Sequence record: OP978391.1
DNA: 64,000 bases
Source: Escherichia phage HP3.2
Reading direction: 5' to 3' (one strand)
A program made the position numbers and the translations under genes. The notes below the pieces were generated by a model. The model was not told where the DNA came from and made no database searches. It was given only the letters and a program-made list of their open reading frames with translations. Positions within the stretch are counted from its first letter, which is position 1. Each line of letters opens with the position of its first letter. This document shows positions 1 through 8,611 of this stretch, one piece after another.

Positions 1-150
1 GATGGATCTGATGTTCTGACAATTTCTAACTCTGCTGTGAATGCTCTTTTAATTAAGGCTATTCAGGAAATGAGTGAAGAAATTAAAGAATTGAAAACTC
101 CTTTCTTTACTAAAATTGCTCGCAAAATTAGTAAATATTTTAAATTCTAA
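1..150 (+). CDS. 3' end of upstream ORF, partial; likely C-terminus of the long tail fibre distal subunit (gene 37 position)
   Basis: Frame open from window edge to TAA at 148-150; lies immediately upstream of gene 38. Confidence 0.4.
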   Translation, partial: DGSDVLTISNSAVNALLIKAIQEMSEEIKELKTPFFTKIARKISKYFKF

Positions 151-156
151 CAACAA

Positions 157-171
157 GGGGGAAATGCCCCC
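157..171 (+). terminator. GC hairpin GGGGG-AAATG-CCCCC followed by TTT
   Basis: Perfect 5-bp G/C stem read directly; short T run after it. Confidence 0.3.
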
Positions 172-186
172 TTTGGAGTATAAATT

Positions 187-958
187 ATGGCAGTAGTTGG
201 TGTTCCTGGTTGGATTGGAAGTTCAGCCGCAAATGAAACAGGACAGCGCTGGATGAGTCAAGCGGCTGGTCAATTAAGATTGGGTGTTCCTTGCTGGATG
301 AGTCAATTTGCAGGTCGCTCACGAGAAATTATTCACAGACCATAACTTCAATGGTCAATGGTTCCGAGATAGATGTTTTGAGGCAGGTAGTGCACCTATA
401 GTGTTTAATATTACAGGTGATTTAGTATCATATTCTAAAGATGTTCCTTTATTCTTCATGTACGGAGATACACCGAATGAATATGTTCAGTTGAATATAC
501 ACGGCGTAACGATGTATGGACGTGGCGGTAATGGCGGTAGCAATAGTCCTGGTTCAGCTGGAGGTCATTGTATTCAAAACGATATTGGTGGGAGACTAAG
601 AATTAATAATGGCGGAGCTATTGCAGGCGGCGGTGGCGGCGGCGGCGGCGGATATTATTCTCCTTTTTCACAAATGAGATTGACCTTTGGCGGCGGTGGC
701 GGTCGTCCTTTTGGTGCGCCAGGCGGATCTATTGATATGCAATCAGGCGCGACTGGCGGTACTATTTCTGCACCTGGCTCAGGATCCGTGAATGGTATAT
801 ATAATGGTGGAAACGGCGGTGAAGTAGGTTCAGCGGGAGGTAGATGTAATATTCGTGGTCAAGGATATGAATACGATGGCGGAGCTGCCGGTTATGCCGT
901 CATAGGGTCTACGCCGACATGGCAAAACGTTGGAGCAATATATGGTCCAAGAGTATAA
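187..958 (+). pseudogene. 38: Gene 38 receptor-recognising adhesin (T2-type, glycine-rich), reading frame disrupted near 337-345
   Basis: ATG 187 gives MAVVGVPGWIGSS...SREIIHRP then TAA 343-345; rest (DHNFNGQWF...GGGGGGGGG...GPRV) is in the +1 frame (track ORF 308..958); SD GGAG upstream of 187. Confidence 0.6.
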
Positions 959-988
959 TTTGAATAAATATCCTTAAAAGGAGGGTCT

Positions 989-1645
989 ATGGCAGCACCT
1001 AGAATATCATTTTCGCCCTCTGATATTCTGTTGGGTGTTCTAGATCGCTTGTTCAAAGATAACGCTACCGGGAATGTTCTTGCTTCCCGGGTAGCTGTCG
1101 TAATTCTTTTATTTATGATGGCGATTGTTTGGTATAGGGGAGATAGTTTCTTTGAGTACTATAAGCAATCAAAGTATGAAACATACAGCGAAATTATTGA
1201 AAAGGAAAGAAATGCACGCTTTGAATCTGTCGCCCTGGAACAACTCCAGATAGTTCATATATCATCTGAGGCAGACTTTAGTGCGGTATATTCTTTCCGC
1301 CCTAAAAACTTAAACTATTTTGTTGATATTATAGCATACGAAGGAAAATTACCTTCAACAATAAGCGAAAAATCACTTGGAGGATATCCTGTTGATAAAA
1401 CTATGGATGAATATGCAGTTCATTTAAATGGACGTCATTATTATTCCGACTCAAAATTTGCTTTTTTACCAACTAAAAAGCCTACTCCCGAAATAAACTA
1501 CATGTACAGTTGTCCATATTTTAATTTGGATAATATCTATGCTGGAACGATAACCATGTACTGGTATAGAAATGATCATATAAGTAATGACCGCCTTGAA
1601 TCAATATGTGCTCAGGCGGCCAGAATATTAGGAAGGGCTAAATAA
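989..1645 (+). CDS. t: Holin t
   Basis: 218 aa, recognised as T-even holin; AAAGGAGG RBS upstream; follows gene 38. Confidence 0.93.
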   Translation: MAAPRISFSPSDILLGVLDRLFKDNATGNVLASRVAVVILLFMMAIVWYRGDSFFEYYKQSKYETYSEIIEKERNARFESVALEQLQIVHISSEADFSAVYSFRPKNLNYFVDIIAYEGKLPSTISEKSLGGYPVDKTMDEYAVHLNGRHYYSDSKFAFLPTKKPTPEINYMYSCPYFNLDNIYAGTITMYWYRNDHISNDRLESICAQAARILGRAK

Positions 1646-1918
1646 TTATTTGTTCGTATACATTTCTAGATATCGATATACACCCTCAAAACCCTCGTTG
1701 AATTCATCGATGAGGGTTTTCTTATCTTCTTGAGTTAATTCAGAAACAATTTTACGAAATGAATTCTGATTTAACTTTCTACCTTCATGCGTTACTCCAA
1801 TCTCATTAAGAAATGCAATAAAATTAGCACGATTCTCAACAATATCTTCTCTGGAAAATTTAATCAAAATAGATGCAACAGTAATAATTTCACGAACTGT
1901 ATCAATGTTTTTATTCAT
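1646..1918 (-). CDS. asiA: AsiA anti-sigma70 factor
   Basis: 90 aa MNKNIDTVREIITVASILIKF..., recognised as AsiA. Confidence 0.93.
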   Translation of the reverse strand: MNKNIDTVREIITVASILIKFSREDIVENRANFIAFLNEIGVTHEGRKLNQNSFRKIVSELTQEDKKTLIDEFNEGFEGVYRYLEMYTNK

Positions 1919-1930
1919 TAACTATACCAC

Positions 1931-2083
1931 TCAATTAGTTGACTTTGTTATAATATCATCAGACGCTTGATTTGTAAACTGGTCTGTGTTATTTTCTTCA
2001 AAAATTTTTTCTACGAATTCCTTGAACGACTCGCGTTCCTGAGCTACATTATGCTCGATTACCATTTCAAGATTATGACTCAT
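1931..2083 (-). CDS. Small ORF, about 50 aa (asiA.1 position)
   Basis: ATG overlaps arn stop in ATGA; contains the asiA promoter at its 3' end. Confidence 0.35.
   Translation of the reverse strand: MSHNLEMVIEHNVAQERESFKEFVEKIFEENNTDQFTNQASDDIITKSTN
1950..1979 (-). promoter_or_regulatory. Early sigma70-like promoter upstream of asiA
   Basis: Minus-strand GTTTAC -35, 18-bp spacer, TATTAT -10. Confidence 0.5.
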
Positions 2084-2358
2084 TCGAAATAATCTTCAAT
2101 TTCGTAATCATGGACATAAATCATTATAGTTTTTAATACATCATCAATACTTTTTCCTGGAGCTGGAATTACGTAAAAATATCCTGCTTTTGAGAGGTCT
2201 TTATAAGTTCCAATCAAGAAATCATTATTCTCAAGATGTAACTCTTCAACTAATTCATTGACAATTGAATGGTATAGGTTTGGTAGAAACTTATATAGCT
2301 TTTCTAGAATATCAATTTTGATTGTGTATTGAACCACAGACTGAGAATCAATAATCAT
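2080..2358 (-). CDS. arn: Arn anti-restriction (McrBC inhibitor) protein
   Basis: 92 aa acidic protein recognised as T4 Arn; position after asiA. Confidence 0.85.
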   Translation of the reverse strand: MIIDSQSVVQYTIKIDILEKLYKFLPNLYHSIVNELVEELHLENNDFLIGTYKDLSKAGYFYVIPAPGKSIDDVLKTIMIYVHDYEIEDYFE

Positions 2359-2441
2359 AGACCTTCCCCTTATGTTTCTGTTTGCGATTAGATTCTTTAA
2401 ACGCTTTCTTCTTATCCTTATGAACAGAAGCTTTATTAAAA

Positions 2442-2660
2442 TTATGCTTTGCGACTAAATTGTTCATAGTGCTGAATTACCTCTCTTAAACATTTGCATG
2501 TGAATGAAAACTTTTTAGCTACACCACATTCAAATATATGTTCTCTTAAATCACGTGTATCAGTATATCCCATCTCAACAATAAAATGCCTTATTAGATT
2601 TTTATCTTTATCATTGAGAGAATTAAAATAATCAGATTTTGAATTAATTTCCCTGGCCAA
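2442..2660 (-). CDS. Hypothetical protein, 72 aa
   Basis: Track ORF in arn-motA interval, co-oriented. Confidence 0.5.
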   Translation of the reverse strand: MAREINSKSDYFNSLNDKDKNLIRHFIVEMGYTDTRDLREHIFECGVAKKFSFTCKCLREVIQHYEQFSRKA

Positions 2661-2940
2661 ATTGAATCACCTTCAGTTGACGTTTTAGTTCTTTTATCAT
2701 TTCTTCGTTCATCGCAATATAAAGATCGCGTAAAGCAGGTTTTAACATTCCATTTACTGGAGAACTAAATGGACATACATAATCTTTTCCTACGAGCTTT
2801 TTGGTGAATTCCATATCACAGAACTGAAATGCCGGTTCATTGGCATAAATTCCCCAATTAGTTGACATCATTTTATTGGCATATTCCAACGCCTGGATTT
2901 GATTCTTAATTCCATCAATTTGAAACTTTTTAATATTCAT
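2644..2940 (-). CDS. Hypothetical protein, 98 aa
   Basis: Track ORF, co-oriented; start abuts stop of next ORF. Confidence 0.5.
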   Translation of the reverse strand: MNIKKFQIDGIKNQIQALEYANKMMSTNWGIYANEPAFQFCDMEFTKKLVGKDYVCPFSSPVNGMLKPALRDLYIAMNEEMIKELKRQLKVIQFGQGN

Positions 2941-3407
2941 TAGTAAAGGTCCTCAGAGTAAAGTTCTTTTTCACTACCACCACGTTCAATACGCACTTGT
3001 CCAGCGTAAGTTGCAATAATCATTGCTTCTTCACGTGTCCAGTAATTGCTATACTGGTCAATAAATCCTTGGTCTTCACCACAAACATGGTCTGATACAA
3101 GTTTATCACTTACCTGGTCAAGAACTTCAGCCATATCTTTAGAATAATGACGAGCACCAGGAATAACCAGAGTCCCACCATCTTTTAACTTAAAGCGGTT
3201 GGCTGCACACACAATTCGACGTTGATATTTTTCATTATTGTTCCAATGAGCTACTTGCCAACAGATTTCAGGAACCTCTTCTAAAACATCCTCTTCCGTA
3301 TATTCGGTGTAGTCGCCATAGGCCTGTAATTTAGCTGCTAGACTTTCTGGAGTTTCACGTAATAAAGCTAGGTCTAATAATTCAAGACGCTCTTTGAAGG
3401 TTTTCAT
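2940..3407 (-). CDS. Hypothetical protein, 155 aa
   Basis: Track ORF, co-oriented, tightly packed. Confidence 0.6.
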   Translation of the reverse strand: MKTFKERLELLDLALLRETPESLAAKLQAYGDYTEYTEEDVLEEVPEICWQVAHWNNNEKYQRRIVCAANRFKLKDGGTLVIPGARHYSKDMAEVLDQVSDKLVSDHVCGEDQGFIDQYSNYWTREEAMIIATYAGQVRIERGGSEKELYSEDLY

Positions 3408-3559
3408 TTGGTTTCCTCAACACTTTTAATTTTTATAGCTTGTTTAGAACTTTCAAAGCATTGACAATATACTCTTACCGCATCAAACTGGTTGGCCGCT
3501 TTAAGATGGACTACACCTTCGCCGTTATAAAATTCTACGACAATTTTAAATGTTTTCAT
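3404..3559 (-). CDS. Small ORF, about 51 aa
   Basis: [20 protein letters not shown]...; ATGA overlaps at both ends with flanking genes. Confidence 0.35.
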   Translation of the reverse strand: MKTFKIVVEFYNGEGVVHLKAANQFDAVRVYCQCFESSKQAIKIKSVEETK

Positions 3560-3885
3560 TTAAACCATCCTTTAATACGTTGCCATAAAGTTTTCTGTTG
3601 AGCTTTGTTAACACCAATTGAACGAATAACTGGTTGAGATTCCTGGAATTCTTTATAATCAGCAAGGTAAATTTCGTAAGCTGCATCCGTAAATGAACTT
3701 ATCGCTGCCATAAAATTATTGCGAATACCTACTGGAGCATCTTTACTTTCACGAATAATCATGTATTTACCAGTCTTAATCTTTACAATAGTTCCAAGAT
3801 AAGCTCCATGGTACCAAATATCCCAACCCTCTTGAGTAGGTTCTGCACAACGACGAAGTTCATTAACAATTTCTAACTTGTTCAT
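3556..3885 (-). CDS. Hypothetical protein, 109 aa
   Basis: Track ORF immediately downstream of motA. Confidence 0.6.
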   Translation of the reverse strand: MNKLEIVNELRRCAEPTQEGWDIWYHGAYLGTIVKIKTGKYMIIRESKDAPVGIRNNFMAAISSFTDAAYEIYLADYKEFQESQPVIRSIGVNKAQQKTLWQRIKGWFK

Positions 3886-3895
3886 TATTTATTCC

Positions 3896-4531
3896 TCACA
3901 GTTCAGATGCTACAGTGATTACAGCTTCAATGTTTTCTGCCGAGCGTTTAATGTCAAGATACACATTACCGTTTTTAGCGATTTTACATGACATTCCGAT
4001 GTCAGTAAATTTCTGAATATGATGTTCCATCATTTTGTATCCAAAAATTCGCATATTTCCATTGTTGTTAATTTCAAAATTACGAATTCCGTGAGTGCGT
4101 TTTTCTAAAATAGCGAGATAGTTACTGCGGTAAGTTTCAACCTTTTTAAGAACAAATCCATTTTCATCTAAAAGTTTTAACATGAAGTCTTTATCTTCTT
4201 CCATATCAGAAGTAATCTCACGAGCTTTACGAGTTGCTCGTTTTTTCAGCAGTTCCGGAGCGTTTTCCTGTGCGTATAAAGTTGCTGCATTTGAAATAAT
4301 ATCCTGAGCTTCACCAGTAATGATTAATCCATCACCAGATTTCTCCACCAGGCCTTTTTTAATCAATACCCCAATATTACTATTAACTACTGCATTACCT
4401 AAATCTGGATGCACCTCACGAACTTCTGCGGCTGTAATGAAATCTTTCTTAGCAATGGTAATTAAAATCGCAGCAGTTTTTTCATTCAGAACATCGTTAG
4501 AAGCTTTGATGATGTAAGTTACTTTAGACAT
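3896..4531 (-). CDS. motA: MotA middle-transcription activator
   Basis: 211 aa MSKVTYIIKASNDVLNEKTAAIL..., recognised as MotA. Confidence 0.93.
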   Translation of the reverse strand: MSKVTYIIKASNDVLNEKTAAILITIAKKDFITAAEVREVHPDLGNAVVNSNIGVLIKKGLVEKSGDGLIITGEAQDIISNAATLYAQENAPELLKKRATRKAREITSDMEEDKDFMLKLLDENGFVLKKVETYRSNYLAILEKRTHGIRNFEINNNGNMRIFGYKMMEHHIQKFTDIGMSCKIAKNGNVYLDIKRSAENIEAVITVASEL

Positions 4532-4568
4532 TTTAATCTCCGTTTCAGTTCATTTATTTGATAGGTCT

Positions 4569-4597
4569 ATAGTATCATGTTTAAAGCAGAAGTAAAC
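4569..4597 (-). promoter_or_regulatory. Early sigma70-like promoter upstream of motA
   Basis: Minus-strand GTTTAC, 17-bp spacer, TACTAT; A/T-rich upstream region. Confidence 0.55.
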
Positions 4598-4636
4598 ACT
4601 TTTTTGCACTCTTTTTCAAGAGCTCTAATAAAGTAC

Positions 4637-4864
4637 TTACTTAATGTTCAGATTACGAACTTCGATTTCGTCTTCATGGGCAAAATCAAACTGTTTGAAT
4701 TCTGTGTCACCTTTAAATTTAAAAATCATTGTGAAGAAAGTCAGAACACCAGGTTTTTCTTCACGAACTCCACAGATATCATATTCAATACCATCTACAA
4801 CCAGTTTGTTAGCAGTCAGAGCATTTTTAGCTTTAACGATTTCGTTTTCGATTTTAAATTTCAT
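4637..4864 (-). CDS. Hypothetical protein, 75 aa (motA.1 position)
   Basis: Track ORF downstream of an early promoter; overlapping + strand ORFs judged spurious. Confidence 0.55.
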   Translation of the reverse strand: MKFKIENEIVKAKNALTANKLVVDGIEYDICGVREEKPGVLTFFTMIFKFKGDTEFKQFDFAHEDEIEVRNLNIK

Positions 4865-4914
4865 TTTTTGTATCTCCGGGTTGTTTGTTTCAGTTCATTT
4901 ATTTGATAGTTGTA

Positions 4915-4943
4915 TAGTACCACAGTATGCTTTGGTTGTAAAC
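4915..4943 (-). promoter_or_regulatory. Early sigma70-like promoter
   Basis: GTTTAC, 18-bp spacer, TACTAT; part of a repeated promoter/5'UTR cassette. Confidence 0.55.
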
Positions 4944-4974
4944 CGTTTTGTGAAAAAATTTTTGAAATAAAAAA

Positions 4975-4994
4975 GGGAGAGCCTCGGCTCTCCC
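4975..4994 (-). terminator. Intrinsic terminator hairpin (GGGAGAGC-CTCG-GCTCTCCC) with U run on the minus strand
   Basis: 8-bp stem, 4-nt loop, followed on the minus strand by TTTTTTATTT. Confidence 0.55.
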
Positions 4995-5000
4995 TAAAAT

Positions 5001-5150
5001 TACTGCATGACTGTGATAACTGTCATGATAACACGTTGAATTCCGAACGCAAGAAGACCTCCTGCTACGGCAGGAACAACACCTAAACCCGCCAGTAAAA
5101 TGCCACCAGATACTAATGCAGCGCTTGTGATACCAATGAATGGACTCATT
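5001..5150 (-). CDS. Small hydrophobic ORF, about 49 aa
   Basis: MSPFIGITSAALVSGGILLAGLGVV...; ATG overlaps gene 52 stop. Confidence 0.4.
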
Positions 5151-6474
5151 TGATTTCCTCTAAATCTTTGGTGTATTCTGTAACTACATCAGTAGTTTTC
5201 CAATATTCGTTTTCTTCTTTTTTGGCTTTAGCTTCTTCAGCAAGTTTCTTTGCTTCGTCGGAAGTCATATGAAAAATGTTCATTCCAACTAGTTTATCAA
5301 CATAAGAAGAATACATATCAATTTTAGAAAGTTCTTCGGTCAGTTCTTTGCGAGTTTTACCTTGTACAACAATTTCACCTGAAATTACTTTCTTAATGAA
5401 ATGTGCCTTGGCAAAAGCTAAACGAAATGCTGATTCAGTTTCTTTGATTTTGTTATCAATTCGTTTTTGGACATAAGTTTTACGAACTTCAACGAAGTCT
5501 TTGATTAAATCAACTACGTTATCGTAAACTTGCAGCTTTCCTTTCTCATTAATGACTGTAATATTCTGAGAACGACGCTCAATCAGTCCGAAGTCTTTCA
5601 TAATTTTTGCATGGCGTTCTTCTTCATTATCGCTCAAAGAGTATTCTTTTCGGAATTTAACTTTGAAGCCAAAGCCATGCTCACCACAAGCATCATCCCA
5701 TGTAATGAAGCCTTTATCTTCAAGTGGGTCTAAGATTTTACTCACGTAAGTTTCACGATCATACTTATATGGAATCTCAGTGATATGCATTTGAGTTCGT
5801 GAAGTAAACTTATATGTTCCACGAATTTCATATTGCCCATCAATTTCAACGACTTCACCACGAAATTCTGGGAATTCTACCTTCGGTTTAGTTACTTTCT
5901 TTCCTTGAAGAGCTTGCAGTACAGCTTTCTTGACAGAAGAAACACTATGAGGAAGAATGTAAGTTGCATAACCAGTTGCAATACCGGAAACGCCATTAAG
6001 AAGAACAGTAGGAATAACAGGCAAATAGAAAGCAGGCGGAATGTGTTCTTTATCTTGATGTACCGGAGCATATTCAGTATCTTTATATACGTTATAGAAA
6101 TTTTTACTTACACGAGCAAAAATATAACGACTTGCTGCTGCCTTTTGGACAGTACGAGAACCGAAGTTTCCTTGACCGTCTAACAGAGGAAAGTTATTAT
6201 TCCAAGTGTTAGCCATCAAAGCACCTGCGTCTTGCGCAGAGTTTTCACCATGATGATATCCAAGGTCCGCTACACCGCCTGCGATAGAAGCGAGTTTGTG
6301 AAACTTATCTTTATTTCCTCGTGCCAAATCAAGAGCTCGAGCAATAACAAATCGTTGAACTGGCTTAAATCCGTCAATCATATTTGGAATGGCACGATTT
6401 TCAACCGTGTACATAGCATAAGCCAATGCTTCATTATCAATGATACTTTTTAAATCACGATTATTCAGTTGCAT
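5146..6474 (-). CDS. 52: DNA topoisomerase II medium subunit gp52
   Basis: 442 aa GyrA-like protein, length and sequence match T4 gp52. Confidence 0.93.
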   Translation of the reverse strand: MQLNNRDLKSIIDNEALAYAMYTVENRAIPNMIDGFKPVQRFVIARALDLARGNKDKFHKLASIAGGVADLGYHHGENSAQDAGALMANTWNNNFPLLDGQGNFGSRTVQKAAASRYIFARVSKNFYNVYKDTEYAPVHQDKEHIPPAFYLPVIPTVLLNGVSGIATGYATYILPHSVSSVKKAVLQALQGKKVTKPKVEFPEFRGEVVEIDGQYEIRGTYKFTSRTQMHITEIPYKYDRETYVSKILDPLEDKGFITWDDACGEHGFGFKVKFRKEYSLSDNEEERHAKIMKDFGLIERRSQNITVINEKGKLQVYDNVVDLIKDFVEVRKTYVQKRIDNKIKETESAFRLAFAKAHFIKKVISGEIVVQGKTRKELTEELSKIDMYSSYVDKLVGMNIFHMTSDEAKKLAEEAKAKKEENEYWKTTDVVTEYTKDLEEIK

Positions 6475-6478
6475 AAAT

Positions 6479-6619
6479 TTACCATACTAGTGAATGTAGT
6501 GCCATAATAACATCAGAAATGAAAAGCACGACTTGAATTAATCCGAACATTATTCCGTAATATAATGCTATCAATAAAATAGCAAGGGCTAATGAATAGC
6601 CCAAGATTTTCTTAATCAT
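6479..6619 (-). CDS. Small hydrophobic ORF, about 46 aa
   Basis: MIKKILGYSLALAILLIALYYG...; overlaps preceding ORF stop. Confidence 0.4.
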   Translation of the reverse strand: MIKKILGYSLALAILLIALYYGIMFGLIQVVLFISDVIMALHSLVW

Positions 6620-6770
6620 TAGTAGATAACAACACAAATGTTAAATATGCACACATACCCTGGGCTAAAGCTTGTGAAAACACACTGCTAGCATCGATAC
6701 AGATAGTTAAAACACATGCTACTATCCAACAAATAAATGAAATAACTCCTAATAATTTTGCGATATTCAT
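6612..6770 (-). CDS. Small membrane protein, about 52 aa (ac-like position)
   Basis: MNIAKLLGVISFICWIVACVLT...; sits between 52 and stp where T4 has ac. Confidence 0.4.
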   Translation of the reverse strand: MNIAKLLGVISFICWIVACVLTICIDASSVFSQALAQGMCAYLTFVLLSTND

Positions 6771-6777
6771 ATTTTCC

Positions 6778-6858
6778 TCACTGGCGTCCGAAGACGCCTT
6801 TAGTTTTAAGATTATTACGATAGAACTGCATCACGTGTTCGTTGTGGAAATTACTCAT
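6778..6858 (-). CDS. stp: Stp peptide, 26 aa
   Basis: Translation [26 protein letters not shown] matches my recollection of T4 Stp; start overlaps ndd stop. Confidence 0.75.
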
Positions 6859-7316
6859 TAATATGCCTGCAAAACGAATTTAAAATTATCAGCCAACATA
6901 CGGTTCATTTCTTCAAGTGTTTGATACTCAGAATGATGATTACGAGTAAACGCTAAAGCTAACTGTCCTTTTCCAAATCCCGTCGTCAGAGGTTTCATCT
7001 TAGAAGCAGGCAGATAAAATACTGTGTATACCATATTGTTATTTGCAATAGTACGTGCAAGCTGAGACCGACGTTGACGAATATGACTTAGAACTGCACT
7101 GAATCCTTGCTTAGAACGCTGATTACCTACATAAAATCGTGCAGACACACATGGATTACTAAATGGACGACCATTTAATTTACTTACTAAAAAATAAAAT
7201 CCAGGTTTAGATAAAATATCTTTATGCGGAGTTCCCAAAAACCACTCACCACCCTTGATTGTACCAATAACAGTAGCGCCTGCATTATTCAGATCAGTAA
7301 CAGTCATGTATTTCAT
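6858..7316 (-). CDS. ndd: Ndd nucleoid disruption protein
   Basis: [26 protein letters not shown]... recognised; internal ATG with GAGGAAATTAAT RBS preferred over track start at 7370. Confidence 0.88.
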
Positions 7317-7350
7317 ATTAATTTCCTCTAAATTATTTTCTACTCCAAGG

Positions 7351-7370
7351 CCGCATGAATACGCGGCCAT
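7351..7370 (-). other. RNA hairpin GGCCGCATGAATACGCGGCC in the ndd 5' leader
   Basis: Inverted repeat read directly; explains the spurious N-terminal extension of the ndd track ORF. Confidence 0.4.
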
Positions 7371-7374
7371 TAAA

Positions 7375-7590
7375 TTAATCGTCGCAGTCGACGCTCAATT
7401 CCCAAAACTCTTCTACGGTATAAGTTTCAGTATCATTTTCAATACAGAAACGTTCATTACTGTTATTTGCTAAAGTAGCATTAACTGTCGGTTTCTCGCT
7501 AGTGCTCTTAAGAGGTGAAATACGAATTAACTGATCACCGTTATCTAAACAAAAAATTTCACCAACTTTTACATCTTTAAAAATTTTCAT
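7375..7590 (-). CDS. Hypothetical protein, 71 aa (ndd.1 position)
   Basis: Track ORF; RBS TGAGGTGAATT before ATG. Confidence 0.6.
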   Translation of the reverse strand: MKIFKDVKVGEIFCLDNGDQLIRISPLKSTSEKPTVNATLANNSNERFCIENDTETYTVEEFWELSVDCDD

Positions 7591-7598
7591 AATTCACC

Positions 7599-7709
7599 TC
7601 AAGGAATATAAAATCCGAATGCAGTTGTTGACCATCCCATCCAATATGGGAAATTTGCACCAATGTAAAACATGAGAATATAAAACCAACCGCTCAGCAA
7701 ATTCATCAT
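7599..7709 (-). CDS. Tiny hydrophobic ORF, about 36 aa
   Basis: MMNLLSGWFYILMFYIGANFPYWMGW...; ATGA overlap with upstream gene. Confidence 0.3.
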   Translation of the reverse strand: MMNLLSGWFYILMFYIGANFPYWMGWSTTAFGFYIP

Positions 7710-7903
7710 TTTACACCATTCCAAATTGTTTCAACTACGGATTTTAAACCATTTTGATGAATATCAATTCCGACTACTGTCATCAAATAGATTCCAACTA
7801 CAACTGAACCTAAGGCAAAAATCAGCATGAAAATGAATAAAGCCGGAAAAATATTATCGAAAAACCATTCAATAAATGTAAAAGCATTGCGTTTACGTTT
7901 CAT
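7706..7903 (-). CDS. Small membrane protein, about 65 aa
   Basis: Internal ATG with TGAGGAAAAT RBS preferred; hydrophobic core. Confidence 0.5.
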   Translation of the reverse strand: MKRKRNAFTFIEWFFDNIFPALFIFMLIFALGSVVVGIYLMTVVGIDIHQNGLKSVVETIWNGVK

Positions 7904-7910
7904 ATTTTCC

Positions 7911-8024
7911 TCACATAAATCCAAAGTAAACGTTTAATACATCAATCATTAAAACGATTGGGAATATACTCAAAACTATTAGTATTATAACTACATTCCA
8001 TATAGCTTTAATAATCTTTTTCAT
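7911..8024 (-). CDS. Small membrane protein, about 37 aa
   Basis: MKKIIKAIWNVVIILIVLSIF...; GGAGG RBS; start lies downstream of the early promoter. Confidence 0.45.
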   Translation of the reverse strand: MKKIIKAIWNVVIILIVLSIFPIVLMIDVLNVYFGFM

Positions 8025-8052
8025 TTTCTGTTCCTCCGTAGTTGATAGGGTA

Positions 8053-8082
8053 ATAGTACCACGGAAGAACAGTCTTGTAAAC
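8053..8082 (-). promoter_or_regulatory. Early sigma70-like promoter
   Basis: GTTTAC, 18-bp spacer, TACTAT. Confidence 0.55.
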
Positions 8083-8267
8083 AACTTTTTTAAAAATATT
8101 CGTAATAAATGTGAATACCAACTACTACCGCTGAAACCTGTGCAACCCACCACGCACAAGCAATAAGTACAGAATTCAAAATTTTCATAATAACCTCATC
8201 ACAAAAGTAAATGTTAAACAAATTACTGGAATACTAATTAACCAAACAAAACACCACCATAATGAAC

Positions 8268-8531
8268 TCATAGTTCAATCTCAACGATTTTCATTTCATT
8301 ACTATTAATAGCCTCTTTAAGACTATCTGAAAGAATTACATTCCAGTGGTCATTCATATGACCATTAACTAAGCGTGTAATTTCTTCAGGAGTTGAAAAA
8401 TAAGGCTGATCGGACTCCCAATGCGATAATCCTAAGCGAGTATAAATCATGCCTTCATCATCGCTAGAATATTCAACTGACACAAACTCATCAGTTATTT
8501 TATGCTTAGCATAATAAAATTTAAATTTCAT
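8268..8531 (-). CDS. Hypothetical protein, about 87 aa
   Basis: Start MKFKFYYAKH preferred; track N-terminal extension is translation of the promoter/UTR cassette. Confidence 0.6.
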   Translation of the reverse strand: MKFKFYYAKHKITDEFVSVEYSSDDEGMIYTRLGLSHWESDQPYFSTPEEITRLVNGHMNDHWNVILSDSLKEAINSNEMKIVEIEL

Positions 8532-8564
8532 TTTACTCTCCAAATCCGTATCAGTTGATAGTTG

Positions 8565-8594
8565 TATAGTACCACGGTCCTTGTGGTATGTAAA
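8565..8594 (-). promoter_or_regulatory. Early sigma70-like promoter
   Basis: GTTTAC, 18-bp spacer, TACTAT; repeated cassette. Confidence 0.55.
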
Positions 8595-8611
8595 CCATTT
8601 TGTGAAATTTT

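Noticed and set aside
179-186. TATAAATT just upstream of the gene 38 start as a late promoter
   Set aside because: One mismatch to TATAAATA and positioned between the Shine-Dalgarno sequence and the ATG, too close to the start to act as a promoter.
600-720. Poly-glycine codon runs (GGCGGCGGTGGC...) in gene 38 as a simple-sequence repeat or artefact
   Set aside because: They encode the glycine-rich segments characteristic of T2-type gp38 adhesins and remain in frame with flanking conserved sequence.
308-958. Track ORF 308..958 as an independent gene
   Set aside because: Its first codon is TTG immediately after an in-frame stop and it encodes the C-terminal body of gp38; it is the downstream part of the frame-disrupted gene 38, not a separate gene.
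4320-4970. Plus-strand track ORFs overlapping minus-strand genes and promoters (4320..4517, 4577..4906, 4644..4970, and similar antisense ORFs throughout, such as 13397..13606 and 45761..45982)
   Set aside because: They lie antisense to well-supported genes or across promoter and UTR sequence, lack ribosome-binding sites and are low-complexity; judged chance ORFs in AT-rich DNA.
6858-7370. Long N-terminal extensions in track ORFs (for example ndd from 7370, 8268..8630, 62070..63206, 17500..18039, 51341..51895)
   Set aside because: The extensions run through promoter, terminator or hairpin sequence and lack ribosome-binding sites; internal ATGs with good RBS give lengths matching known T-even proteins.
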